Assembly (NCBI RefSeq): GCF_009914755.1 | Contig: NC_060941.1 | Direction: 5' to 3' (one strand) | DNA length: 64,000 nt | Source: the human T2T-CHM13v2.0 reference genome, Homo sapiens | Shown: positions 39,890-51,917 of the stretch, in pieces | Layout of the letters: the number at the start of each line of letters is the position of its first letter | How positions within the stretch are numbered: position 1 is the first letter of the stretch | Made by a program: the position numbers and the translations under genes | Notes under the pieces: generated by a model | What the model was told of the DNA's origin: nothing | Seen by the model: only the letters and a program-made list of their open reading frames with translations | Databases searched by the model: none

Positions 39890-42266
39890 CTAAAATTTCC
39901 TCATCTGTTTACAGGTTGTATCTCACCCCACAATTAGACCCTACTTTAGGGGACAGGAGTCATGTTCTTAAATATTTGCATTTTTTAAAATTACATGTTT
40001 ACCTTTTTCCGAGATCATAATTACTTACGTATGCATCTTAGAATAACTTCTACATATAGTCTCCACTTTAAAGCTAGTAAAATACTAATATAATTTATAA
40101 ATTTCCATAGCTAAGACAAATAATATCAAAAAACAGAAGTTATTAATTTTTAAGAAAGTTATATTACAATTTATGGAAATTTTAGATTAAAGGTCTAAAT
40201 AATCTAGTTTCTGCCATAAAGTTTCATATTTTGATATCTGGGCTGTCCATGCAGTCAAATGACTCTGAAATCATTTTATACATTATTCTTCCCATAAATA
40301 ACTGTGAAAATATTATTGTTTCCTCCAAAAAAATGAATAATTAGAAGTAGTTTTTATGTGTATGCACACTAAAATTTGGAACTACAATTATTAACAATAG
40401 GATTTTGGTCTAATTCAACCACTTTCTGGGGCTAAATCAAAAAGATATTAAGCTTAACCACACTTTTTAAATTCTGTTCTGTGTGGTATGTAAGAAAAGG
40501 GAAGCTGATCAAACCAATGTTTTATACTGAAATTATGTTTCTAAAACAAGTAACCAATTTACGGGATTTAAAAAAATAATTTTGTGTCAAAACAATTGGT
40601 TTTTCAACTCTCTGCTTTATATTTTAATTGTTTGTTTTTGAGTCATCAAACACGTGCTGATTGACCATAATAACAATCAAATTAACAAAACAGCTGCCAA
40701 TGTTAGTTTCAGGCTTAATGTGTCTCCTTTTAGCCCATTTAAATTCACCACACCTATTGATGAACTGAAAGTTTGGTTCTCAGATTTTGCCAGTGAAAGC
40801 AGATTCTAACATTAAGGATGGTTGACTATGATAATGAAACTCAGTGATTGCCATGGGGAAATAGCAAGGTTACCATAAGAAGACAAAACTAGGTATGTAG
40901 AATACATGACCAAAATTATGGAATGCATTCATTTGACAGACCTGGTGCACTTACTGTTAGCTGCTAAAACCTCCACTTCAGACGCACTTTTGTCACACTT
41001 TTGTGTATATGATTGTGGCAGCCAACATTGAATGAAAAAAATACGAGAAAAACATGATAATGTAGGAAAACATGGAGAGAAGACTTTTGCAACTTAGAAA
41101 TACTCTTGTAAACAAACGGAGAGCCTGTTTTACTCAAAGAAAGTCTAAGTTTTAAGTTGAGGAGAACCATAGTAAACAGAAAACCATAATGCAATGTCAT
41201 TTCTCATCATTGTAGAGTCAACATAGAGTTCTATTTAGAACTGGTTACAGAGGGATGTTGCCGTAATCAAAACACAACTTCCTGACTTCTAATGAGTTCT
41301 TGACTTTCTGATTATGTAAAAGATATGGACAGATTGTTATCATGATATTTCCTATGAAGTTAATTCTTTCACTAGCTTTTTGGCATGGGAAAAGATTGTG
41401 ATACTGCCTTGAAAATTCTACAAGATTTTTAAAGATAGCATTTCATAATAATGTTTTAAAATTTCATTTTTATACATCACATTTCATCTAACACTAATGA
41501 GGGTTGGTTAGTCAGTGGTTTAGTTAGGGTTCTCCAGAGTTAGATCCTGAGAAGAAAACCTGGGGTGCAGATCAGGAAAAAAGAGGGAGCCAAGCAACAG
41601 TACAATAGCAGAATAAAAAGGTAAAGGGTAACTTTAATCTCATCTGCAAAGAAATTCTAGAGTATAAGTTATGCTTCAGAATTCTGCTGACCTGAGATAA
41701 CGGATCAGAGATTTCAAATTTTTACTGCCTTCAGACATTGGCTAAGGGCTCCAAGAGGAATATAATATTTCAGGTAACTCTGTCTCTTCCCATTTGCAGG
41801 CAAAATAGGTTTCAGTAGCCCAAGGACAGTCCTTTACTAGCTGTTGGAAGCAAAAGCACATAGAAACTGGGAAGGTTTGGAAGGGATTCATAAAACCAGC
41901 AGGAAAAAAGTGACCCAAAGGCACACGAGCAGAACACACTCACATTGTACACCGCAGTCAGGTTTTACTACCTCATTTTCAAAGACAAGAAAACTAAAGA
42001 TAAGCAAGGAAATGTGATTTATATACAGTCACACACAGGTAAAGGTGCAAAATTGAGATTACAAATGACCCTAGTTATAGATCCTGTGTTGTTCTTGCTG
42101 TTGCTTCCTCATTACATCATACTATATGATAATGTTATTTATTTTCATAATTAGCATATAACCTTAGAATAAAATATTACCTGATATTTTGTAGCACTCT
42201 ACACATTTTCGCTTACTTTGAATATTTTGTTTCTCTTTGTGTAGGTAGTTTTATAACCAATTAAGC

Positions 42267-42630
42267 CAGAGGTCACAAATATAGGGCTCTGGCAGATAAT
42301 GTAAATCAATTAATCAGGCCAGCTGAGAGAAACAATAAAGAAAGGTGAACCCCCTGGAGAGCTGCTGTCTGTCTAAAGGAGGCAGCCATCTTTCAGTCCC
42401 AGATTCTTGCTGCGGCGAGACAATGAAGATCTGGTGTGGCCAGACCATCTGTTTTCTGATTTTTCCAAGTTCAGCAAAAAATCAGAATATTTCATATATA
42501 GTCTCCTAATCTTTAAATACTACTCACTGACCCATTGTTTTAACTGGAAGCCAATTTTGTACAAGTCACACATACACGTGCTTTCTCTCTCTCTTCCTTC
42601 CTTTCTCTTTCTTTCTTTCTTTCTTTCTTT

Positions 42631-42677
<47 letters not shown>

Positions 42678-42923
42678 CTTTCTTTCTTTCTTTTTTCCTT
42701 CTTTCTTTCTTCTTTCTTTCTTTCTCTCTCTCTCTCTCTGTTTCTCAGGAAACATTTCTATTGTGGGTGAGCTACTATTTTGTTCTTCAGGTATACACTA
42801 GCATAGTTGGTACAGTTGAACTTTAGATATGCCTCCTCTGATGTCATTTAAATTAAAACAATTTTAAAACCATGATGCTGGTCAAAAAACATGCAGTGAA
42901 CAGGGTTTAGTTTGTGGCCCCTG
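42267..42923. mobile_element. hAT-Charlie-type non-autonomous element containing a (TTTC)n expansion
   Basis: TIRs CAGAGGTCACAAA / TTTGTGGCCCCTG (11/13); 8-bp flanks AATTAAGC / AACTAAGT (6/8). Confidence 0.5.
42581..42739. repeat. Complex (TTTC)n/(TC)n polypyrimidine STR
   Basis: About 160 bp of pure pyrimidine tract. Confidence 0.95.
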
Positions 42924-43746
42924 AACTAAGTTAATGCTTCCCTGAATTATATATTTTATTCAATTCAGTCACAAGTGATAGTTTATTTTCAAAGCAAATG
43001 AGGCATTTTGTGTGTGTGTGTGTGTGTATGCGTGCATGTGTGTGTGTGTAGGGGGGGTTTTGACTCTTATACTGAACTACAAATGAAAGCAGAGGGAGAA
43101 TTCAAAATTCTTTAACATTGCTGTAAACTCTGTCAAAGTGAATCTTCTGTGTCTACAGCAGTGACTTAGAATCTCATGACACCCAATGTCCTCTTTAGTA
43201 AAATTTTGTATAGCACCACCACTGTTATCATGGAATGAAATTTATAAAATACTATTGCATATCGACACACACTAATTCTAAGAAAATCAGTATCAAGCCC
43301 AAACTATAACATTAGGAAGAAAGAACAGAAAACTAACTTATAATTGAATAACATGCATATCTCTGTCTAAAAGCTTGGACATGATTATACTAGAAGACTT
43401 AATTAGTCATATTCTTGCCCCTATAAAATGACTACCTGTATATGTTAGCTGCAAATGAAGGACAGTCAGAATTTTGGCATGGGTGATCTAAATTTTTAAA
43501 AAATGTATGGTTCTCAGTAAAATATTTTCCAAATTGAAAAATAATTTTTGATATGAACTTCCAAAAATAAAATAAAGCACATTATTCCTTTCATTTACAC
43601 AAATGTCAGGTGTCCAGGAAATGCAACATACATAATAAATTGACACAAATTTCTGGGTTTGTGTGTAAAATGAGTTAGGTTCTGAGCTCAAATACTTATT
43701 AAAAGCTTTTAATCTACTTGAGGGGACATTTGGAATTCATGTAGAG

Positions 43747-43970
43747 CAGCGGTCCCCAACCTTTTTTGGCACCAGGGACAGGTTTTGTGGAAGACAATTT
43801 TGCCACGACAGGGGCGGGGAGGGGGAAGATGGTTTAAGTGCATTACATGTATCATCAGATTCTCGTAAGAAGCGTACAACCTAAATCCCTCTCATGCACA
43901 ATTCACAATAGGATTCACACTCCTATGAGAATCTGGTGTCACCTCTCATTAGACAGGAGGTGGAGCTCTG
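43747..43970. mobile_element. MER1-type hAT MITE with right-end deletion
   Basis: CAGCGGTCCCCAACC left TIR; 8-bp TSD ATGTAGAG (43739-43746) / GTGTAGAG (43971-43978). Confidence 0.85.
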
Positions 43971-44277
43971 GTGTAGAGCCTGAGAAAAATTCTTTACCAT
44001 GCTATCTCTTGCTTTGAAGGGGTTCTAGCATCCCTCATCCCAACCTACCTATTAAATGGTGGAGCATCCCAATTATTGTGATAACCCAGAGAGTTTCACT
44101 AAGGGGCAGTACTTTCCTATTGAGAACCAGTGTTCTCTAATGTCATCATGAAGACAGAAGCCAAATGAGTAAAATAACACAGAATGTTGAAGAAAATAGG
44201 TTTCAAATCTTTCAAATGACAACTAACATGGTACTTGGGAGAGAGTACAGTTTGGAAATTAAGATCAGCTGAGGCTG

Positions 44278-47200
44278 GCTTTTCCCCTGTGGGAGCCAGG
44301 GAGGCTAGACAGCTTGGTCCCAAGACTTGTCCCCACAGCCCAACACACCAGCTGTGGTAGTCTGTGGCCAGAGTGCCTCTTCAGGTCTAACCCTGGCCCA
44401 TGTTTCCTCAGTGGGTGGGGCTTCCCTGCAGGAACTCCAATAACTCCAGCCAGAGGGTCAGGGACAGAATTTGGATCTCCCTGGGTCTGAGCCCCTAGGG
44501 GGAGGGGTGGCCTCAGTCTCTGCAGACTGGCAGACTTAGTCTCTCCTCATGGTAGTTCTGAGGAACGTGGGCAGCCCAAACAAGTGGGTTTCCCCCCAGT
44601 GAACCATACCATCTCCACCAAGTGACAAAGTGTCTCATTAAACGGGCCCTACTCTCTGTGCCACCCAACTGGGTGAGACCCTCCAACAGGGGTTGTCAGA
44701 CACCCTATACAGGAGCGATCCTACTGGCATCAAGTTAGTGCCTCTCAAGGTTGGAAGTTCCAGTAAAAGGAGCAGGCACCCATTCTGGCTGCTCTCCAGC
44801 CTCCTTGAGTGACATCTCCAGGCATGGGAGTGTATCAGATGAATACGGCCTGTAATGAACCCCCAGCAAACTGTAGCGGCCCTACAGAAGACAGACCTGA
44901 TTATTGAAAGAAAAACAAGCAGAAAGCGACAAGAACAGCATCATCAGCGTCATCAACAACGACAACAACAACAACAAAAAGTCCCCCACAAAAAGCCCAC
45001 GCAAGGGTCAGCAACCTCAAAGACCAAAACTGACAAACTCATGAAGATGAGAAAGAATCAAGAAAAAAAAATGCCGAAAACCCAAAAGGCCAGAGTGCCT
45101 CTTCTCCTCCAAATGACTGCAACATCTCTCCATCAGGGGCACAAAACTGGACAAAGGATCAGATGGACGAATTGACAGAAGTAGGCTTCAGAAGATGGGT
45201 AATAAAAATCTACAATGAGCTAAAGGAGCATGTTCTAACCCAATGCAAGGAAGCTAAGAACTTTGATAAAAGGTTAGAGGAATTGCTAACTAGAATAACC
45301 AATTTAGAGAGGAACATACATGACCTGTTGGAGCTGAAAAACACAGCACGAGAACTTCATGAAGCATACACAAGTATCAGCAGCCAAACCGACCAAGCAG
45401 AAGAAAGGATATCAGAGCTTGAAGACCACCTTACTGAAATAAGACATGCAGACAAGAATAGAGAAAAAAGATGGAAAAAGAATGAACAAAGCCTCCAAGA
45501 AATATGGGACTTCATAAAAAGAACAAACCTACGGTTGATTGGAGTAACAGAAGGAGAAGGGGAGAATAGAAACAAGCTGGAAAGCACACTTCAGAATATT
45601 ATCCAGGAGAACTTCCCCAACCTAGCAAGACAGGCAAATATAAAAATTCAGGAAATACAGAGAACACCATTAAGATATTCCATGAGAAAACCAACCCCAA
45701 GACACATGATCATCAGATTCTCCAAGGTCAAAATGAAGGAAAAACTGTTAAGGGCAGCCAGAAAGAAAGACCAGGTCACCTAAAAAGAGAAGCCCATCAG
45801 ACTAATAACAGACCTCTCGGCAGAAACTCTACAAGCCAGAAGAGATTGGGAGCCAATATTTGGCATTCCTAAAGAAAAGAATTTTCAACCCAGAATTTCA
45901 TGTCCAGCCAAACTAAACTTCATAAGCAAAGGAGAAATAAAATCCTTTACAAACAAGCAAATGCTAAAGGATTTTCACATCACCAGGCCTGCCCTGCAAG
46001 AGCTCCTGAAAGAAGTACTAAATATGGAAAGAAAAAAACAGGTACCAGCCACTGCAAAAACATACCAACGTATAAATACCAATGACACTATGAAGAAACT
46101 GCATCAACTAGTGTGCAAAATAACCAAATAGCATCATGATGACAGGATCAAATTCACACATAACAATACTAACCTTTAATGTAAACGGGCTAAATGCCCC
46201 AATTAAAAGACAGAGACTGGGAAATTGGATAGTCAAGACCCATCAGTTTTCTGTATTCAGGAGATCCATCTTATGTGCACACACGCACAGGTTCAAAATA
46301 AAGGGATGGAGGAAAATTTACCAACCAAATGGAAAGCAAAAAAAAGCAGGGGTTGCAATCTTAGTCTCTGACAAAAGAGACTTTAAACCAACAAAGGTCA
46401 AAAAAGATAAAGGCATTACATAATGGTAAAGGGAACAATTCACGAGAATAGCTAACTATTCTGAATATATATGCAACCAATACAGGAGCACCTAGATTCA
46501 TAAAACAAGTTGTTAGAGATCTACAAAGAGACTCAGACTACCACACAATAGTATTGGGAGACATGAACACCCCACTGTCAGTATTAGACAGATCAACAAG
46601 ACAGAAAATTAATAAGGATATTCAGGACTTGAACTCAGCTCTGGATCAAGTGAACTCTGTAGACATCTACAGAACTCCCTACCCCAAATTAACATAATAC
46701 ACACTCTTCTCAGTGTCACATGGCACTTATTCTAAAATCGACCACATAATAGGAAGTACAACACTTCTCAGCAAATGCAAAAAAAAAACTGAAATCATAA
46801 CAGTCTCTCAGACCACAGTGCATTCAAATTAGAACTCAGGATTAAGAAATTCACTCAAAACCACACTATTTCATGGAAATCAAACAACCTGCTCCCAAAT
46901 GACTCCTGGATAAATAATGAAATTAAGGCAGAAATCAAGAAGTTCTTTGAAACCAATGAGAACAAAAAGACAATGTACCAGAATGTCTGGGACACAGCTA
47001 AAGCAGTATTAAGAGAGAAATTTGTAGTACTAAATGGCCACATCAGAAAGCTAGAAAGATCTCAAATTAACACCTTAATATCACAATTAAATGAGCTAGA
47101 GAGGCAAGAGCAAACTAATCCAAAAGCTAGTAGAAGACAAGAAATAACTAAGATCAGAGAAGAATTGAATGAGATAGAGACACGAAAAGCCCTCCAAAAA

Positions 47201-50200
47201 AATCAATGAATCCAGGAGCTGTTTTTTTGAAAAAATTAATAAAATAGGTAGACCACTAGGTAGACTAATAAAGAAGAAGAGAGAGAAGAATAAAATAGAC
47301 ACAATAAAAAATGATAAAGCAGATATCACCACTGACCCACAGAAATACAAAATACCATCAGAGAATATTATAAACATCTCTATGCAAATAAATTGGAAAA
47401 TCTAGAAGAAATGGATACATTCCTGTACACATACACCCTACCAAGACTAAATCAGGAAGAAGCTGAATCCCCGAATAGACTGGTAACAAGTTCTGAAATT
47501 GAGGCAGTAATTAATAGCCTACTAACCAAAAACTGCCTGTGACCAGACGGATTCACAGCTGAATTCTACCAGAAATACAAAGAGGAGCTGATAACATTTT
47601 ACTATTTCAAACAAATGAAAAGGAGGGACTCCTCTCTAACTCATTTTATGAAGCCAGCATCATCCTCATACCAAAACCAGGGAGAGACAAAACGAAAACA
47701 AAAAGAAAACTTCAGACGAATATCCCTGATGAACATCAGTGCACAAATCCTCAATAAAATACTGGTAAACTGGTTCCAGCAGCACATCAAAAAACTTATC
47801 CACCACAATCAAGTCAGCTTCATCCCTGGGATGTAAGGGCTTGTTCAACATATGCAAATCAATAAACATAATCCATCACATAAACAGATCCAAAGACAAA
47901 AACCACATAATTATCTCAACGGAGGCAGAAAATGCCTTTGATAAAATTCAACATCCCTTCATTAAAAAACTCTCAATAAACTAGGTATTGATGGAACATA
48001 TCTCAAAATAATAAGAGCTATTTATGACAAACCCACAGCCAGTATCATATTCAATGGGCAAAGGCTGGAAGCATTCTCTTTGAAAATCATTATAAGACAA
48101 GGATGTGCTCTCTCTCCACTCCTATTCAACATAGTACTGGATGTTCTGGCCAGGACAATCAGGCAAGAGAAACAAATAAAGGGTATTCAAATAGGAAGAG
48201 AGGAAGTGAAATTATCTCTGTTTTCAGACAACATGATTTTATATTTAGAAAACCTGATCATCTTAGCCCAAAAACTTCTTTAACTGATAAGCAAATTCAG
48301 CAAAGTCTCAGGATACAAAATCAATGTGCAAAAATTTTGCAAAGGAATGTGCAAGCATTCCTTTACACCAACAATACAGGCAAGGAGAGAGCCAAATCAT
48401 GAATGAACTCCCATTCACAATCGCTACACAGAAAATATAATACCTAGGAATACAGCTAACAAAGGATGTGAAGAACCTCTTCAAAAAGAACTACAAACCA
48501 CTGCTCAAGGAAATAAGAGAGGACACAAACAAATGGAAAAACATTCCATCCTCATAGCTAGGAAGAATCAACATTGTGAAAATGGCCAAACTGCCCAAAG
48601 TAATTGATAGACTCAATGCTATTCCCATCAAACTACCATTGACATTCTTCACAGAATTAGAAAGAAACCATTTTACATTTTATATGGCATCAAAGACCCC
48701 ATATAGCAAAGACAATCCTAAGCAAAAAGAACAAAGCTGGAGGCATCACACTACCTGACTTCACACTATACTACAAGGCTACATTAACCAAAAAAGCATG
48801 GTACTGGTACCAAAACAGACATATAGAGCAATGGAGCAGATCAGAGACCTCAGAAATAACATCACACATCTACAGCCATCAGATCTTCGGCAAGGCTGAC
48901 AAAAACAAGCAATGGGGAAAGGATCTCCTATTCAGTAAATCGTTCTGGGAAAACTGGCTAGCCATATGCAGAAAACTGAAACTGGATCACTTCCTTACAC
49001 CTTATACAAAAATTAACTCAAGATGGAATAAAGACTTAAATGTAAACCCCAAAACCATAAAAACCCTAGAAGAAAACCTAGGCAATACCATTCAAGACAT
49101 AGGGATGGGCAAAGGCTTCATGAAAAAAAATGCCAAAAGCAATAGCAACAAAAGCAAAAATTGGCAAATGGGATTTAATCAAACTAAAGAGCTTCTGTAC
49201 AGCAAAAGAAACTGTCAGAGTAAACAGGAAACCTAGAGAATGGAAGAAAATTTTTGCAATCTACCCATCTGACAAAGGTCTAATATCCAGAATTTACAAG
49301 GAACTTAAACATATTTACAAGAAAAAAACAACCCCATCAAAAAGTGGGCAAAGGATATGAACAGACACTTCTCAAAAGAAGATATTTACAGAGCTAACAA
49401 ACATAGAAAAAAAGTTCAACATCACTGATCATCTCACGCCAGTCAGAATGGTGATTATTAAAAAGTCAGGAAACAATAGATGCTGGTGAGGCTGTGGAGA
49501 AATAGGAAATCTTTTACACTGTTGGTGGGAATGTAAATTAGTTTAACCATTGTGAAAGACAATATGGCAATTCCTCAAGGATCCAGAACCAGAAATACCA
49601 TTTGACCCAGCAATCCCATTACTGGGTGTTGCAGGAAGTCCAGGAGCCTGAACGAAGAGACCAGCTAGAGCTGAGGCAGAAGAACATAAATTGTGAACAT
49701 TTCATGGACATTTATCAGTTCCCAAAATTAATACTTTTATAATTTCTTATGCCTGTCTTTACTGCAATCTCTGAACATAAATTGTGAAGATTTCATGGAC
49801 ATTTATCACTTCCCCAATTAATACTCATAATCTCTTAATCCTGTTATTTTCATAAACTGAGAATGTACATCACCTCAGGACCACTATTGTACAAATTGAT
49901 TGTAAAATATGTGTGTTTGAACAATATGAAATCAGTGTACCCTGAAAAAGAACAGAATAACAGCGATTTTCAGGGAATGAGGAAAGATAACCATAAGGTC
50001 CGACTGCCTTCAGGGTTGGGTAGAATAGAGCCGTATTTTTCTTCTTGCAGAGAGCCTATAGACGGATGTGTAGTAGGAGAAATATCCCTGAATTCTTTTC
50101 CCAGCAAGGAGTAACCCTGGGGAAGGAATGCATTCCTGGGGGTAGGTCTATAGATGGCCACTCTGAGAGTGTCTGTCTTATGCAATTGAGATAAGGACTG

Positions 50201-51305
50201 AAATATGCCCTGGTCTCCTGCAGTACCCTCAGGCTTACTAGGACTGGGAAATTCCAGCCCGGTAAATTCTAGTCAGACCTGTTGTCTGCTCTCAAACCCT
50301 GTTTCCTGTTAAGATGTTTATCAAGACAATGCATGCACAGCAGGACATAGACCCTCATCAGTAATTCTAATTTTGCCTTCACCTTGTGATCTTTATTGCC
50401 CTTTGATGCATGTGATCCTTGTAACCTACTCCCTGTTCTTACACCCCCTCCCCCTTTAAAATCCCTAATAAAAACTTGTTTTTTGTTTTGTGGCTCTGGG
50501 TTGCCATCACTGTCCTACCAATATGTGATGACACCCCTGGAGGTCCAGCTGTAAAATTTCTCCTTTTGTACTCTTTCTCTTTATTTCTCAGACTGGCCGA
50601 CACTTAGGGAAAATAGAAAGAACCTATTGGGGGCTGGTTCCCTGATAACTGGGTATATACCCAAAGGAATATTCTACTATAAAGACACATGCACACATAT
50701 GTTTATTGCAGCACTATTTACAATAGCAAAGACATGGAATCAACCCAAATGCCCATCAATGACAGACTGGATAAAGAAAATGTGGTACACATATACCATG
50801 GAATACTATGCAGCCATTAAAAAGAATGACATCATGTCCTTTGCAGGAACGTGGATGGAGCCAGAAGCCATCATTCTCAGCATGCTAATACAAGAACAGA
50901 AAACCAAACACTGCATGTTCTCACTCATAAATGGGAGGTGAACATTGAGAACACATAGACACAGAGAAGGGAACAATATACAACATGGCTTGTTGTGGGC
51001 TGGGGGATGACGGGAGGGAACTTAGAAGACAGGTCAATAGGTGCAGCAAACCACTGCGGCAAATGTATAACAATGTGACAAACCTGCATGCTTTGTGCAT
51101 GTATCCCATCTTTTAGAAGAAAAAATAATAATTTTAAAAGATACAGGCAGAGAAGAAAAAAATTATAATGAATTTTAAAAGCTTATGGGATTTATGGGAC
51201 AGGATGTAAAGAGCAAATGTTACAATTACCAAATGTTTTATACATAAAGGATTAAATGACAGCTCTTAACCTGTGTATAAAAAAAAAGAAAAGAAAAGAA
51301 AAAGA
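44278..51305 (+). mobile_element. Near-full-length L1PA11/12-like LINE-1 (partial 5'UTR, disrupted ORF1 and ORF2, 3' transduction)
   Basis: Perfect 17-bp TSD AAGATCAGCTGAGGCTG at 44261-44277 and 51306-51322; TT/AAGA endonuclease site; ORF1 fragments (45163..45783); ORF2 start MTGSNSHITILTFNVNGLN near 46139; many stops and frameshifts. Confidence 0.95.
49627..50647 (+). mobile_element. MER11 solo LTR (HERV-K11/HML-8) inserted in L1 ORF2
   Basis: TGTTGCAGGAAGTC start, GGGGCTGGTTCCCTGATA end, 6-bp TSD ACTGGG (49621-49626 / 50648-50653), AATAAA at 50467. Confidence 0.92.
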
Positions 51306-51700
51306 AAGATCAGCTGAGGCTGACCAGCCCCAGGCAAAGGGCAAAATAATAATTTGTTATCCATAAAGTGCTCTGTCAATCACCCTAGGCTGACAAGGCA
51401 GCAAACTAAAACAATCTTTATGACAGTGGCAATCATACATGTTGGTCATAATAAAAGGTCAAGATGAATTAAGTCAATGTCTTTCTCCTCTTCAAGCATT
51501 TTCATTTATAGCTCTGGCACGTGCCACTTTCTTTAATCTCGACTACCAAATATACTCTTTAGCTGAGGCTGTGATAATTTAATGGTAGAGGTGGATTTTG
51601 GAGAAAAGAATCTTTGATTTTAAGGTTTTTGAAGAGATTAGCTGGTGATAATGAAATGATCAATTTACATGTGAGCACACAACTAGAAATCAAATGAAGC

Positions 51701-51917
51701 CTGGAGTTCAAGACCAGCCTGACCAACATGGTAAAAACCTGTCTCTGCTAAAAATACAAAATAAAAAATTATCAGAGCATGGTGGCACATGCCTGTAGTC
51801 CCAGCTACTCGGGAGACTGAGGCAGAAAAATAGCTTGAACCTGGGAGGCAAATGTTCTTTTTACACAGTAAATAAAAGTCAAAATGCTTTCCTAAAAATA
51901 AAAATAAATAAAAATAA
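51701..51917 (+). mobile_element. TSD-bounded retrocopy: internal Alu fragment + non-Alu 3' end + AATAAA + A-rich tail
   Basis: 16-bp TSD AGAAATCAAATGAAGC at 51685-51700 and 51918-51933. Confidence 0.85.

Noticed and set aside
42407-42826. Hydrophobic and K/E/R-rich ORFs
   Set aside because: Translations of the (TTTC)n microsatellite
44855-45175. PolyQ/H-rich small protein
   Set aside because: Translation of the (CAT/CAA)n tract in the L1 5'UTR just before ORF1
44278-51305. Retrotransposition-competent L1
   Set aside because: 5'UTR truncated, multiple stops and frameshifts, ORF2 interrupted by an LTR
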